A stretch of 64,000 bases of DNA from Octopus sinensis (GCF_006345805.1 NC_043002.1:93868001-93932000), one strand, 5' to 3'. Counted from the stretch's first letter, positions 51,470 to 63,622 are shown. The notes: a model not told the origin generated them from the letters alone. Numbers and translations: made by a program.

Positions 51470-51681
51470 CCCTTTCGTTACTATTTATTTTGAGATGCTC
51501 TGTGTTTCTTTCAATTACTTTAAATATGATAAAGAATTTAGTAAAATAACTTAGTTATCATTCAGCTAGTTTTAGGAACATAATTTGTGACTAAGGTTTG
51601 GTGGAAGATTTTAATTCAAAACTTATGTAAACAAAACATTTGTACTCAGAGCCAGTTTCAGCCGGGTTGGTAACGAAAGGG
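51470..51681. mobile_element. piggyBac-type MITE
   Basis: TTAA|CCCTTTCGTTAC ... GTAACGAAAGGG|TTAA. Confidence 0.88.
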
Positions 51682-51849
51682 TTAATAAGCTTAAAATATA
51701 CTAATCAGTTGAGCATCATTTTATTTTTCAGGTTTCTAATAGGAAAGTATTCAGTATTACTTTTTCCTGAAATACATATGAAATTTGCACACAAACTAGG
51801 TAGTCATATTTCTGACATTTTATATATTCACCAACAATAAATAACTTAC

Positions 51850-51922
51850 CAAGAATGCAGCAACTGCCTTTTCACTCTGTAATTGTCCAAAATACCATTC
51901 TCAATAGGCATAATAGCTTCAC
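51850..51922 (-). CDS. CCT6: CCT6 exon (73 nt)
   Basis: (G)EAIMPIENGILDNYRVKRQLLHS(C); AG/GT boundaries, phases consistent. Confidence 0.95.
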
Positions 51923-52474
51923 CTGCAACAGAAAAACAACTAGCTTGAATATATAAAAAAAAAAAAAATTGCAAGTTGACATTTTTTTTTTTAATATAGC
52001 ACAATAGGAGACCAGTTTAGTTTGAAGGGGAAGGAGAATAAAAGAGAGAGAGAGAGAGTGGGAGGCAACATTTAAACTGTGATATTAACAACACTATTAA
52101 GTAGTATGAAATGGCAGCAGTAAGAGGGAAAAAATATAGGCTTTACTTCTCGTGAAGTTAATTTTACTTGGATCTCAGACAAGTGTACATTTGATACTCT
52201 GAGTAAACTAAGTAGAGGGAGTAAGTTAAAATGAAATTTAGTTTAACATCTGCAATAGTAATTAGAAGATATCCAGTCTAACCATTCTTAAACACATGCT
52301 GTATTTAAATCAGTGATAAGGAGTGGTACAGCTTCAAGATCCTTAGGCTGAACAAATAAAACATTTAGATATACTTAGTCCTCAATAATACTAACAATAT
52401 TAATAAGGTTTTTAAGCCTCTATTTTCCAGCCTCACCATAAACTAGATGGAGAGTAAACAGAATTACACAGCAT

Positions 52475-52561
52475 TGCCGTACAAACCGAAAAGATCCAAA
52501 ACCTGTTTTTACTTTTACTTTGTTCAAATTTATCAAAACCTTCCAAACATGGAATAACAAT
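52475..52561 (+). repeat. Orphan GGATC-MITE terminus fused to a 64-bp copy of 50675-50738
   Basis: TGCCGTACAAACCGAAAAGATCC (52475-52497) followed by 64 identical bases. Confidence 0.85.
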
Positions 52562-52897
52562 GTACATAGTTGTCTATTTTTCAAAATGCTTTTGTCAAAT
52601 AATAGGCGTCAATATATATCATTGTTTTAACATTAATTTTTTCCATGCTTGCATGGGTCAGATGGAATACATTAGGGCAGATTTTTTTTACTGCTAGATG
52701 CCATTTCTGTCACCACCCTTCAATTTCCAGACAAAGTAATATTTCCCCCATGGCCAGATACATTTTCAAAAAACTGGAAACATAGACCACTTCCAAGTAC
52801 CACAATGTCAAGATAAGGAGTACATACACACATGATGAGTTTCTTTCAGTCTCCATTTACCAAATCCACTCAAGAAGTTGGAAAGCAAACCTCTTAA

Positions 52898-53088
52898 CCC
52901 TTTAGTGTTCAGATTATTCCATCAAACATAATGCCTATTGATTCCCATTGATTTGAATTAATTATGCATTATCTCATATCTCCAAGATCTTGACTGTAGG
53001 GTAGGTGTGAGAGCCTGGATCTGGTCAGTTTGAACATAAAACAGATTAAATATTTTGGCCAGATATGGCCGGTTTAAATACTAAAGGG
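52898..53088. mobile_element. piggyBac-type MITE nested in an old SINE B
   Basis: TTAA|CCCTTTAGT ... ACTAAAGGG|TTAA. Confidence 0.82.
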
Positions 53089-53510
53089 TTAATTACACAG
53101 CCATTCCTGTGACAATTTTATATATATATATATATATATATGTATGGTGGTGGAGTGGTAGCTATATATAACTGACAGAAAATGGAAAACTATTGCTAAG
53201 AACTAAAGAGGTAAATCCTGGTATATAAGCCAAATGATTAAAGCAAATGAAATTTTCTAAATTTGTTGTTCAGGAGATAGAAATACATAACTACACCTTG
53301 CTAACTGTAATTCATAATTTCATTTGTTTTATATCCATTTTCGCATACTAACACGGGTAGCAGGTTTTTCTTGCCCATTTAATTTGCATAATACTGGAAC
53401 ATCAATTTTTCTTAGTATATGATTTTACCTATTATTAACTGCCTGTGTATAAGAGGAGTGACAATAAAATAAACAGTTAAGTACCTTGTATACTTGCCGG
53501 TATGTATGTA

Positions 53511-53694
53511 TTGGGTCATCCCATAAATAAAGCGAGTTTTTAATACTTATTTTTCAAAATTAAGATAAAGTTCTTTTTCAATCTAAAATATACTCTCCAT
53601 TTTCTAAATTGCTCTTCCATCAATCTGATGGACTTGCAAGGCTCCTCTTCCAAAATTGACTTGTCCTTGACAAAAAATACTTCTCAGTACTGTT
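53511..53694 (-). mobile_element. Mariner right-end remnant
   Basis: TA|TTGGGTCATCCCATAAATAA TIR-like end; C-terminal EKYFLSRTSQFWKR...GEYILD*. Confidence 0.65.
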
Positions 53695-53847
53695 ATGACC
53701 TCATCTACAGAATTGATATTTTACCGTCCAAATGATTTTAAAGACTGCAGAATAAATGATAATCAGATGGGGCATCGTTTCCCCTTCAAACTTCTCCAGC
53801 CTTTGGAATGTCATCCTCGCTGTATGCGGCCAAGCGAGAACAAGCAA

Positions 53848-54308
53848 AGTTTAATTTGGGGAGATGGTATGAGGAACAAAAGTGGTAGTAATAATAATAA
53901 TATACATTCATAATGTTCATGATGGATGGGAAATAAAACCAGAGAAACGAGAAATTAGAAATTAAACAGACCAAGAAATGAATAATTATCCTAATTAGTT
54001 AGCTTCTGAGAGATTAGCTGTTCGTAAACGATACATTTAAAGTGTTAATGGTGAATGAATGTATGAGAAATCGGAAAACAAGGGAATCTTAATTTAGCAA
54101 TGCATCATCATCATCATTTGGCAACTAGGCAAGAATATGTGACAGAATAGAATGAAATGGAGCACATGGGACAAGAATTTTTAAATAGATAAGTTGCAAC
54201 TGGAAGCAGTTTAATTTGGGGAGATGGTACTAGGAACGAAAGTAATAGTAGTAGTAGTAGTAATAATAATATACATTCATAATGTTAATGATGGATGAGA
54301 AATTAAAA
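53848..54308. repeat. approx. 95-bp dispersed direct repeat (53848-53938, 54208-54308)
   Basis: AGTTTAATTTGGGGAGATGGTA...CATTCATAATGTT.ATGATGGATG in both copies. Confidence 0.85.
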
Positions 54309-54984
54309 GAAAATGGAGTGAAAAAGGGACAAGAAAAAAACAACGCATGGACGTAGTACATGCAAAGTATTAATAAGATGCTCAGAGAAGGGAAGAAAGG
54401 GTGTTTTATGTTTTAAGCAAAGCTCTTCTTCAGAAACAGAAGAGGAAAGTCCAAGAGAAAAAGAAGAGGGAGGAAAAATAAAAATTGCCAACAGACCACA
54501 TGCAGTTACATTTTGATTATATATATATATAATGTAAAAGGCATGGTGGCAACTAGATAAATAGTGATCTACTTTATATAACTTGTGGCTATTAGAGAAA
54601 CTGAATTATCTTGTACAGTAATGAAAAGAGGTCTAGATTTCAAAAACATCAGAACCAGAAAATTGCCTAAGTGAGTTGAGGTCAATTTTTATATACATAA
54701 AAAATAGCGGATATTCTTATGATGTTCATGGATGAAGTTGAAAGAGAACTTTTCAGGAACAGGAACTATTTCTGAGCCAGAGTCAGAATTACTGGAATTA
54801 GTAAAAATGTACCTACTGCAATTCTAACTCTGGTTAAATATAAGCAACTGACCAGACAAAATCATTTAAATCAAAAGCAGCAGAAGGTTAAGTGCCTATA
54901 CATCAATCAATAAATTTTGCTACAGTTTATTTCATAATAGTGTTACAAGAAAATACCTTTTGCTTATACCTGTTAAATAAATAA

Positions 54985-55354
54985 GGAGGCGCAATGGCCC
55001 AGTGGTTAGGGCAGCGGACTCGCGGTCGTAGGATCGCAGTTTTGATTCCCAGACAAGGCACTGTGAGTGTTTATTGAGCGAAAACACCGAAAGCTCCGGC
55101 AGGGATGGTGGTGATCCCTGCTGTACTCTTTCACCACAACTTTCTCTCACTCTTACTTCCTGTTTCTGTTGTACCTGTATTTCAAAGAACCGGCCTTGTC
55201 ACTCTCTGTGTCATGCTGAATATCCCCGAGAACTACGTTAAGGGTACACATGTCTGTGGAGTGCTCAGCCACTTACACGTTAATTTCACAAGCAGACTGT
55301 TCCGTTGATCGGATCAACCGGAACCCTCGTCGTCGTAACCGACGGAGTGCTTCC
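54985..55354 (+). mobile_element. SINE family C head with an alternative 3' tail
   Basis: Same tRNA-like head and body, unrelated tail; AAATAAATAA flanking duplication. Confidence 0.82.
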
Positions 55355-55849
55355 ATAAATAAATAAACAAATAATATTTACAACTACTTCTGGAAAGCAA
55401 AGATATGATTGTGGTGTTAAGAAGTTTGCTTCACAACAATGTGGTTTTGGGTTCAACCACACAGCAAGCCACTTTGGATAAATGTCTTGCCCTGGGCAAC
55501 CAATACTTTTGAGTGGATGTGGTAGAAAGGAACTGAAAGAAACCTGTTGTATGTGGTCAGAGTGTGTGAGTTCAGGTCTTCATGTCTTGACATCACAGGC
55601 TAATTGTCAACAAACATTGTCATCATACTTGCAATTTGATTTATTTGAAATATTCCATGAAAACATGCCTGGTCATTGTGCTGCCCATGTTCTAAGGACT
55701 TGGGGCAAATGTTGCCTTGTGTGGAAGCAGGTGAAGGAAAAGCATCCAACTGAATAAAATCTGCCTCAACGAATTTTCTTTGACTCCCAAACAAGAAAGA
55801 AAAATGGATGTTAAAATGATTATCAAATTTAAAACTGTAAAAGTCTAAC

Positions 55850-55993
55850 CTGATTTGATATCTAAGCCTACAGACTGAGATGGAGATGTGTATTCCTGGA
55901 GAAGTTTTACCATGGTTTCTTGTGCATCCAAACCAGAGTTTTGGGCTAATACCTTGACAATGATTAGAATGGCTTCAGCATATGCCTGTACAC
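55850..55993 (-). CDS. CCT6: CCT6 exon (144 nt)
   Basis: (G)VQAYAEAILIIVKVLAQNSGLDAQETMVKLLQEYTSPSQSVGLDIKS(G). Confidence 0.95.
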
Positions 55994-56497
55994 CTGTTAG
56001 AAAAGAAAAATAAAGCATCATATTTTAAAAGAATTGAAATTCAAATGATATCTAAAAAAAAAAAAGAAAAAAAAAAAGGACTTAATAATTGAAATGTAGA
56101 ATGCAACAGTATCTACTTCATAAACTCAACTTAAAAAAACACCTGAACCATTGAAAAACAAAACAATTCAAATCTATGAAATAAACTGAAATATAATTCT
56201 GGCAATAAAGAATTAAGAACTTAACCCTTTAGCATTCAGATTACTTAGTCAAATGTAATGATTATCTGATCACAGTGTTTGTATTAACCATGTATTATAT
56301 TGTAGCTGTGATTTTGATTAAGTAAATGTTAATTTTCAGAATGACATTGTAGAGTAAGCGTAAGAGGCCAGATTTGGCTAGTTTAAACATAAAACAGGTA
56401 GAAATTTGTATTGGAAATGGCCAATTTGATTGCTAAACTGTTAAAGATCAATCAGCTCTGTAACACACTTTTCCATTAACATACAATTCCAACTTAC

Positions 56498-56590
56498 CAA
56501 GTCTGGCACGACCTTTTACTTCCTCTTTATATTTCATTAATTCACGATATGCTGCAATTTCAAAAGCACCGGCTCCAGGTAGAACACAGC
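56498..56590 (-). CDS. CCT6: CCT6 exon (93 nt)
   Basis: (G)[30 protein letters not shown](G); acceptor is CCAAG. Confidence 0.93.
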
Positions 56591-57079
56591 CTTGGAAAAT
56601 GAAAATATTTAATATGTTAAAACCTATCACATGTCAGTACTGGTGTCATAATAAAATGCATGGAGACAACATAGGACACAGAGGGTTTTGGCCAAGTAAT
56701 GATATCCTCTCTAACATTGATATCACAATAAAATACATCTACTTATATACTGTAATGTGGTTGGTAAAAGGAAGGGCATCCAGCCACGGAAATCATGCAA
56801 AAATATTAAATGTAAGAGATATGGTTCTAAACATTCTAGGAGGGTAGTAACACCAAATAAGAACAGACCATAATGACCAGTCCAATCCACCTGAAAGGTG
56901 GACACAAAATGACAAAAATAAAATCTGTTTGGAACGCATTAACAGGAGTGGTAGAAGAGGTTATAATGAATTACAATTATCTGGTGATTAGTAAAACACA
57001 TCACATTGCTTGTGAGAGGAAGACTCAAAGAAAGAAGATAATTGAAGAGTGGTCACTGAATGATGGTATTGCAGCTTAT

Positions 57080-57345
57080 CATCATCATCATTTAATGTCT
57101 GTCTTCCATGCTGGCATGGGTTGGACAGTTTGATAGAAGCCCGCACCAGACTTCTGTGTCTGTTTTAGCAGAGTTTTTACAGCTGGATGCCCTTCTTAAC
57201 ACCAACGACCCAGCGGAGTGGACTGAGTGCTTTTTATGTGGCACAAGTACAGGCAAGGTCATTTTTGGCAATGTTTTTACAGCTGGATGCCCTTTCCAAT
57301 GCCAATCACTCTACAGTGTGGACTGGATGCTGTTTACAAGGCATC
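57080..57345 (-). mobile_element. Retroposon/SINE with (GAT)n tail
   Basis: CATCATCATTTAA..TTCCATGCT.GCATGGGTTGGAC..GGATGCCCTTCCT; related copies near 52580, 56760 and 63623-64000. Confidence 0.7.
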
Positions 57346-58426
57346 AGTTAATCAAACACTTTTTAAGTGACATACACAAATCAATAGAAACAGTAAAATT
57401 TAACCAAAGCTGCATAAAATTTATATAAATACAATAAATGAGAGCATATTTCTACATGCACTATCTGATTCAGCTTTCAAACTTTATTAGGATCTTCAGA
57501 GGTGACATCTAACTCATTCTGTCCAAAAAAAAGAAATATGTAACTAATGACTTTATAAGCCCACCAAATATGGTAGCATAAGCAAGCTAGAAATTCCAAT
57601 ATGCATATTAGTGCTTAAGATGGGTAATTCCATTAAATATAAAATGAAAAAACATATTAGAGAAATAAAAATAGACTAAAAACATTTGTGATAACTATTT
57701 ACAATGGAAACATTGTTAGGAATCCCACCACCACCAAACATTTACTTAACTGAAGCAAAAGTCTCATTCAATTAAAGTATCCTATTACTTAACTTGATGT
57801 GATATTATTCAGATTAAGTAGTATTACTATGGGTAAATGGTTCTAGACTAAATGTTTGTTATGCACTTAGAGCTGCATTCCTAACATGAAAGGCCTTTTC
57901 CATAAACCAGTTTTAAAAAGGTTAGACATTATAGTTGAATGCATTAATTGCTCAAACAATCCAAACAAAAATTTTTTAAATTCTTCTGATGAAAAAAAAA
58001 ATTCTGAGGTTTATATCTACTTAAATACTAAAGTATGAAAGATGAATAGATGTTTAAATAATTCTTGAAACCAATATATACTGAATTTATTCCATAATCT
58101 AAACATTGTATGTTGTTTACAGTATCACAACAAAATATCTACAGTTTGTTGAAGTATTTCAAATTCTAAGACCTGATTAACCATTTTATTACTATATTTG
58201 TGATGATATACATGGCTTTTCTTTCAATAATTATGAAAATGATGAGGACTTCAGTAAAATAATTTTATCATTATTAAGCTGGCGTTTGCAACATATGAAA
58301 TTTTGACAGAGGGTTTTAATTTAGATCATTTTATAAGACGGGGTTTGAACAATAGGACCAAGGGCAGTCTCAGGCAGGTTGGTATCAAAAAATGATAAAT
58401 TAAAGTAGGCATCCATATCAACTCAC

Positions 58427-58574
58427 CATCTTCAATAGCATTCTTCACTGCTCGAAGACCATCTCTAACGGCATCCTTGATTTGAACAATTGTATGTTTG
58501 TTGGGTCCCTTAATAAGAATAGTGACGGACCGAGGGTTCTTGCACTCCTCAACAAAAGTAAATTTGTCTTCACC
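58427..58574 (-). CDS. CCT6: CCT6 exon (148 nt)
   Basis: [49 protein letters not shown](G). Confidence 0.97.
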
Positions 58575-58745
58575 CTAATAATGAAAGTGTAGCATAACTT
58601 GATAATAAAAATTTCAACCATTAGTTAAAGTAAGACAAAAATACTCTCACAAAATATTAAAAAAAGAAATATATATATATATAGTATGAAAGGTAAAGGT
58701 GAAATTAAAGCTTTCATTCACTCAAGACTTACCACTTCTATTGTA

Positions 58746-59170
58746 TGAGAGTGGGCTGAAAATTTCATAGGCTGACTATGAAGGAGTGATGCTAGAGCTG
58801 TGAAATCTTGCAGGCAATAATTTCAACCCCTCTTATTAATAACGTTGTTTCCTAAGCCAAGATGAGTGCTGGCTTCATCACTTTGAGCCAGTGCTAGAGA
58901 GACAATCCATGCAGTGGAAACACTCCTCCTCACCTGATCCAAAGAAGACTAAGGGTGTTTCATTTGCAGTGAGGGTGATGAGCTCAGATTTTTGGATGTA
59001 AAAGGCATTGTTTATTGACTATCTTCAAAACAGATACACCATCAATTGAGAGTACTGTGCCAACTTGCTAAGATAGTTACTAAGAGCCATCATGACCAAA
59101 TACCCAAGTAAACTAATGAAAGGGTCTTGTTTCATCAGGACAATGCTCTAGCACGAAGTCCTTGATTTCA
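58746..59170 (+). mobile_element. Mariner remnant (left TIR joined to catalytic region)
   Basis: TA|TGAGAGTGGGCTGAAAA; DECWLHHFEP...QSMQWKHSSSP..FHQDNA. Confidence 0.8.
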
Positions 59171-59498
59171 TAAAATGTGTCCTATAACCACCTTTAAATG
59201 GTTGACATTAAAAATATTTGCAAACTAAGAATGAAAATTCATGTAAATACTTCAAGCTAATACCATAGTCTCAATATATTCAGTCACTGTTGAAGTATTG
59301 ATCAAAATTTATATAATATATTCTTCTTAAAGCATCACCAGAATGAATAAAGACAATACTATAATTTACACATCCCCAGTAAAATATCTTATTACAATTG
59401 TTATTGACAAATTCACTAAGATTTGAAGATTTCGGTGCATCAAGACAGTCCACTTTCAAATCTCAGACAAATCTATTTCACTACACTTAAAATGTTAA

Positions 59499-59608
59499 CT
59501 GTGTTCAATATAGTGAGGTGTCAAACTACTGACAACACATTAACTATTATGACTCCAGACGAGGTCAGACACTGATGCTGATAGCAGGTCCTGTTCCATC
59601 TCATGAAA
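59499..59608 (-). ncRNA. Candidate intronic box H/ACA-like RNA
   Basis: Hairpin, AUAAUA (59550-59545), hairpin, ACA (59504-59502) plus 3 nt; hand-folded only. Confidence 0.3.
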
Positions 59609-59921
59609 AATATAGGCTGTCAGTTAATTTCAATAACAGTCCATACATAAAAATTACTAGACACAGCAGGCTTGTGTCCTGAGCTGTTGTGATCTAAATG
59701 TAAATATCAATTGCGTAATCTCATGCTATGTATTGCAGATGGGGTCAACCCCAGTCAGCTATGAATATACAATATTTTACCATTCTTTGGGCATAATATG
59801 TGGTACCTTCTCAAACACTTGTGCAGACTGACCCATCTAAAACTCAGGCATATTTAAAAAATGAGTTACATATATAGTTTATATACAGAGTATGTCAAAA
59901 ATGTCAAGAGTTATCACATAC

Positions 59922-60018
59922 CAGCACATGTTCATAAACTATACCAGCAAAACCAAGACAATCAGGTGTAAGGTCATCTAAACTATTCATAGCAGAGCCA
60001 CCACAGGCCAGAACTAGC
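59922..60018 (-). CDS. CCT6: CCT6 exon (97 nt)
   Basis: (R)[32 protein letters not shown]. Confidence 0.97.
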
Positions 60019-60181
60019 CTGAAAGACAAAAAATTCCAGTAAATCATTATGTTAATTTCAAAATTCATAAATGGTTTTAATTAAATAATTATTGTTCTTG
60101 GTTCATCAAATCTTAGAGATAAGCTTCAGAGAATTTCATAAAAAACAAAAAATAAAAATGAACTCAGTGTTTTATACAAAA

Positions 60182-60564
60182 CTAGCAGTATCGCCCGGCG
60201 TTGCTCAGGTTTGTAAGGGAAATAACTATAAAGCATTTTTAGAGAGTTATAGCCAAAAAATAGCAAAAAAATGGAAAAAAATGATGGTAAATTTTTTTTT
60301 GAGTTAAAAAAGGTCGAGTTGCGTCCCCATGACAGTCTGTGGTTTGTGTTTCTGATTCTCGACCCCATGTCGAATTTATCGATATTTTTCAGAACTGGGG
60401 GAACTTTTCAAAATTTTCGCTGCGTTAGTTTTGAATTATGACATTGGGCTATGTGTGTGTCAAGTTTCATCAGAATCGGTTGAAAGCCGTGGTCAGGGTG
60501 AGGGTACAAGCAAACAGACACACAGAAACACACACAGACAAACTGCCGTTTATATAGAGAGAGA
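60182..60564 (-). mobile_element. Non-autonomous Helitron immediately inside a CCT6 5' splice site
   Basis: A|TCTCTCTCTATATAAAC ... CCTGAGCAACGCCGGGCGATACTGCTAG|T. Confidence 0.87.
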
Positions 60565-60570
60565 TGTTAC

Positions 60571-60653
60571 CTTTCCATATTCCTGCGCTTAGTTCGTCTT
60601 ACAGCAACGATGCCTTCTTTGGCTAAAAGGTCCAAAGAAAATGGGTCAATGCC
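60571..60653 (-). CDS. CCT6: CCT6 exon (83 nt)
   Basis: GIDPFSLDLLAKEGIVAVRRTKRRNME(R). Confidence 0.97.
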
Positions 60654-61000
60654 CTAAAAAATAAATGTTTACAGAGTAAGTTAATGTCTGTGCAAATAAA
60701 AATATAATTCTTAAATTTATTGATAATAACAACCTTCAATATCTTAAAATTGTGTAACAGCTTTTAACATGAACAATGTAATGGAAACAGAGAATATCAT
60801 CTTGAGGTATTATCTGAATACTAATTCATCTACTAGAATGCTTTTCCTTTTAATTAGAGATGAAGATTTAATTTTTATATATGTATAAAAATGACAATCG
60901 GTGTAAAAATGATGATGTCCTAACTCACACAACTATAGAAGAACAGATATAGAAATGAAGATATTAGATTAATATAACTTCATGTATCACTGGAGTAATA

Positions 61001-61280
61001 ATTACCCTGCACGCTAAACAAAAGCAGGGTATTGTAGTCACTTGTTTTTGTCTGTGTTTGCAAAATTACTGGAAAATGGCTGAACAGATTTTCATCAAAT
61101 CTGGCAGAAATACTCATTGGATGAGTGGCTTCATCTCATTAAATTTTAGTTTATCTTCAAAACTGACAGACGGGAGAATCAAAATGTTTTGATCGTGCAG
61201 ATTTTTTGCAAAAGAATTTATATGCACGCAGGGCATGCATCATTTTGACAGGTTTTCATCACAAGAATCTATAACTAGCA
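61001..61280 (+). mobile_element. Possible HINE/DINE-1-like (Helentron-associated) element
   Basis: 5' hairpin TACCCTGC...GCAGGGTA, GTCTGT tract, second GCAGGG near the 3' end. Confidence 0.45.
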
Positions 61281-62169
61281 TATAAAAACATGTATTATGT
61301 CTACTAAATACTATTTATCTCTCAGATGGAGTACATTTTTTATTGATCTTACCATAAAATGTGAAAATCAGACAAAGTTGAAATTTCATAGATAAATATA
61401 TTGTTCTATACTCAATCATTGAAACTCAGATATGCATGTGTGTGTGTGTGTGTTTGTCCCACTACCACCACTGCTTGACAACCAGTGATGGTATGTTTAT
61501 GATATATACACATCATTAAATGGGCAAAAACAGTTTTTAAATCAAATTAAAATGACACCCATAATACAGAGAATTTTGCCAATAGAGACAAAGGAGCCGA
61601 CTCCAAAATCCGAAAATATTAAAAGCATACAACGTGAGTATAATCTTTAATAAGTACAGCAAGAGGGTTAAACATCTTTCAGTCCAATAAGGGCTCCTCA
61701 ATAAAGTATGACAGAAACTATATAGAATGAATCAATAATTAGGACATTTCAAAATAATGACAGAAAAATTCCCAGAAAAGACTTTGCATGAAGAACAATG
61801 AAATGCAGGCTAACTACATCAATGTTTTAGACACCGACCTCTCTGAAAACGCTCAATCAAAATTACAAAGTAGAATGTTGTAGACCTTAAGAGAATTCGT
61901 AATAACATAAGGGAGACAACTGAAATCTATATTAATTTTTTTTTTGGGGCTCATAACAGTAACTTGTACATAGTTGCAATAGCGTAGACTACCCAGCAAA
62001 AGAAACGGCGCTCCATATCCGTTATATGCAGTGTTGTATATTCTGACTAAAACAATTTATTCCCAGTAACAGAGGTTTTTATTAGAAGGTTGAGTGCAAC
62101 ACCATTTGTGAGAACAACTGACAGAAGGATGGGTTCTTCAAATAATTTTTCCATCAATTTTTTTTTACC

Positions 62170-62520
62170 AGTTTCAGTCCCACTGAGTGGCACCTTGGGC
62201 AAGTGTTTTCTACTATTGCCTCGAGCCGACCAAAGACTTGTAAATGGATTTGGTGGATAGAAACTGAAAGAAACCTGTCATATATGTGCATATATCTATG
62301 TGAGTGTGTTGTTGTGTTTGTTTATCCACCCGCCACAGTTTGACAAACGGTGTTGGTGTATTAACGCCCTGTAACTTAGCAGCTTGGCAAAAGAGACCAA
62401 TAGAGTAAGTACCAAACTTTGACAAAAAAAAAAAAAAATCTTGGGGCTGATTTGTTCAATTAAAAGCCTTCAAGGCGGTGCCCCAATATGACCAGTCAAA
62501 TGACTGAAAGAAGTAAAAGA
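62170..62520 (+). mobile_element. SINE family B, CpG-decayed copy
   Basis: Full layout recognisable; several consensus CpGs appear as TG/CA. Confidence 0.8.
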
Positions 62521-63329
62521 TAAATACATTGCATTTGCACATTTTCAAACACAATTTTTGATATTGAACAACAGTAATTAATCCCTTTAATATCAAACTG
62601 CCTGAGAGCCCTTGGTTCCTCGAGACCAATTTCCTGCTTTAATGAGAACTGAATCAAAACCTTCCATCAGAATTTTTATGTTAATTTATGTTCCAAACAC
62701 CAGCTTAAAAGCGGTTTTACTGAATTGTTCATTATTTTCAAAATTAAATTGAAACAAAAGCAGGGTATTCCAAATGAAATATGGTAACAAAATGGTTAAA
62801 GAAATAGTTCTAATGATTAATTATCAGCATATCAAACTGAAATTACAATATTTCAAGTTTGTTTATTACTTGTTTGTCATTGGACAGCAGCCTTGAAGGA
62901 TTTAGTCAACATTGACTCTGGGGCTTATTTATTGATATCTTTTTGCCAAAATGGTTAGTTACAGAGAGCACAAACAAACCAACATTGGTTGTCAAGCAGT
63001 AGAGGTAAAGATGCATGCACAAGCACAAGCATACACATGCTTCCAGTTTCCAGCTATCAAATTCAGTCACAAGGCATGGGTCGTAGCGGGACAGAACCCC
63101 AAATCCCATGGTCATGAACTATTTAACCACTCAGATATATTTGGTTTTTAGCATCTTATGTGTGATGTAGGTGCATAATCTTATCATTAGCCAAGTCTAC
63201 TAGAGCCAGTAGAATTATGTGCCTTGTTAATAACAGCTGATAGTTTGAAGCTCTGATAATTTAATAAATAGTTTAGCGCATTAACCTCATTCACAGGAGC
63301 AGCATCTCACATTATTAAAACAAACCTAC

Positions 63330-63489
63330 CTTTTGGTTCAGAACCACAAAGCCCTTGTTATTGTTGTCACAAACTTTCCTTTTCAGTTCAATGATCTTTT
63401 GTACTCTATCATCAATAAATTTTCGTTCAGCATCTACAAGCTTCTCTCGCTCAGCAGCACTTTTGTAGAAAAATCCAGAGTTTACTTCC
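63330..63489 (-). CDS. CCT6: CCT6 exon (160 nt); upstream exons lie beyond the window
   Basis: [53 protein letters not shown]; CTAG/ acceptor, AAG/GTAGGT donor. Confidence 0.97.
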
Positions 63490-63622
63490 CTAGAAGCATT
63501 CAAACAAAGAAAAAAAAATGTTTCACCACTCATCAAAAGGTAACATAAAAATGCTACATTCAACTTAGTATATGTAAATTTCAAACAGAGGCAATAAGTA
63601 AATATATTTTAAGGCAATTAAA

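Noticed and set aside
59416-59466. 12-bp hairpin (CUGAGAUUUGAA/UUCAAAUCUUAG) in a CCT6 intron as pre-miRNA
   Set aside because: The stem does not extend to pre-miRNA length and has a large asymmetric interior
59676-59850. Long-range pairings (CCUGAG/CUCAGG, AGAUGGG/CCCAUCU) as a structured ncRNA
   Set aside because: No box motifs in the right register; equally explained by a decayed inverted-repeat element
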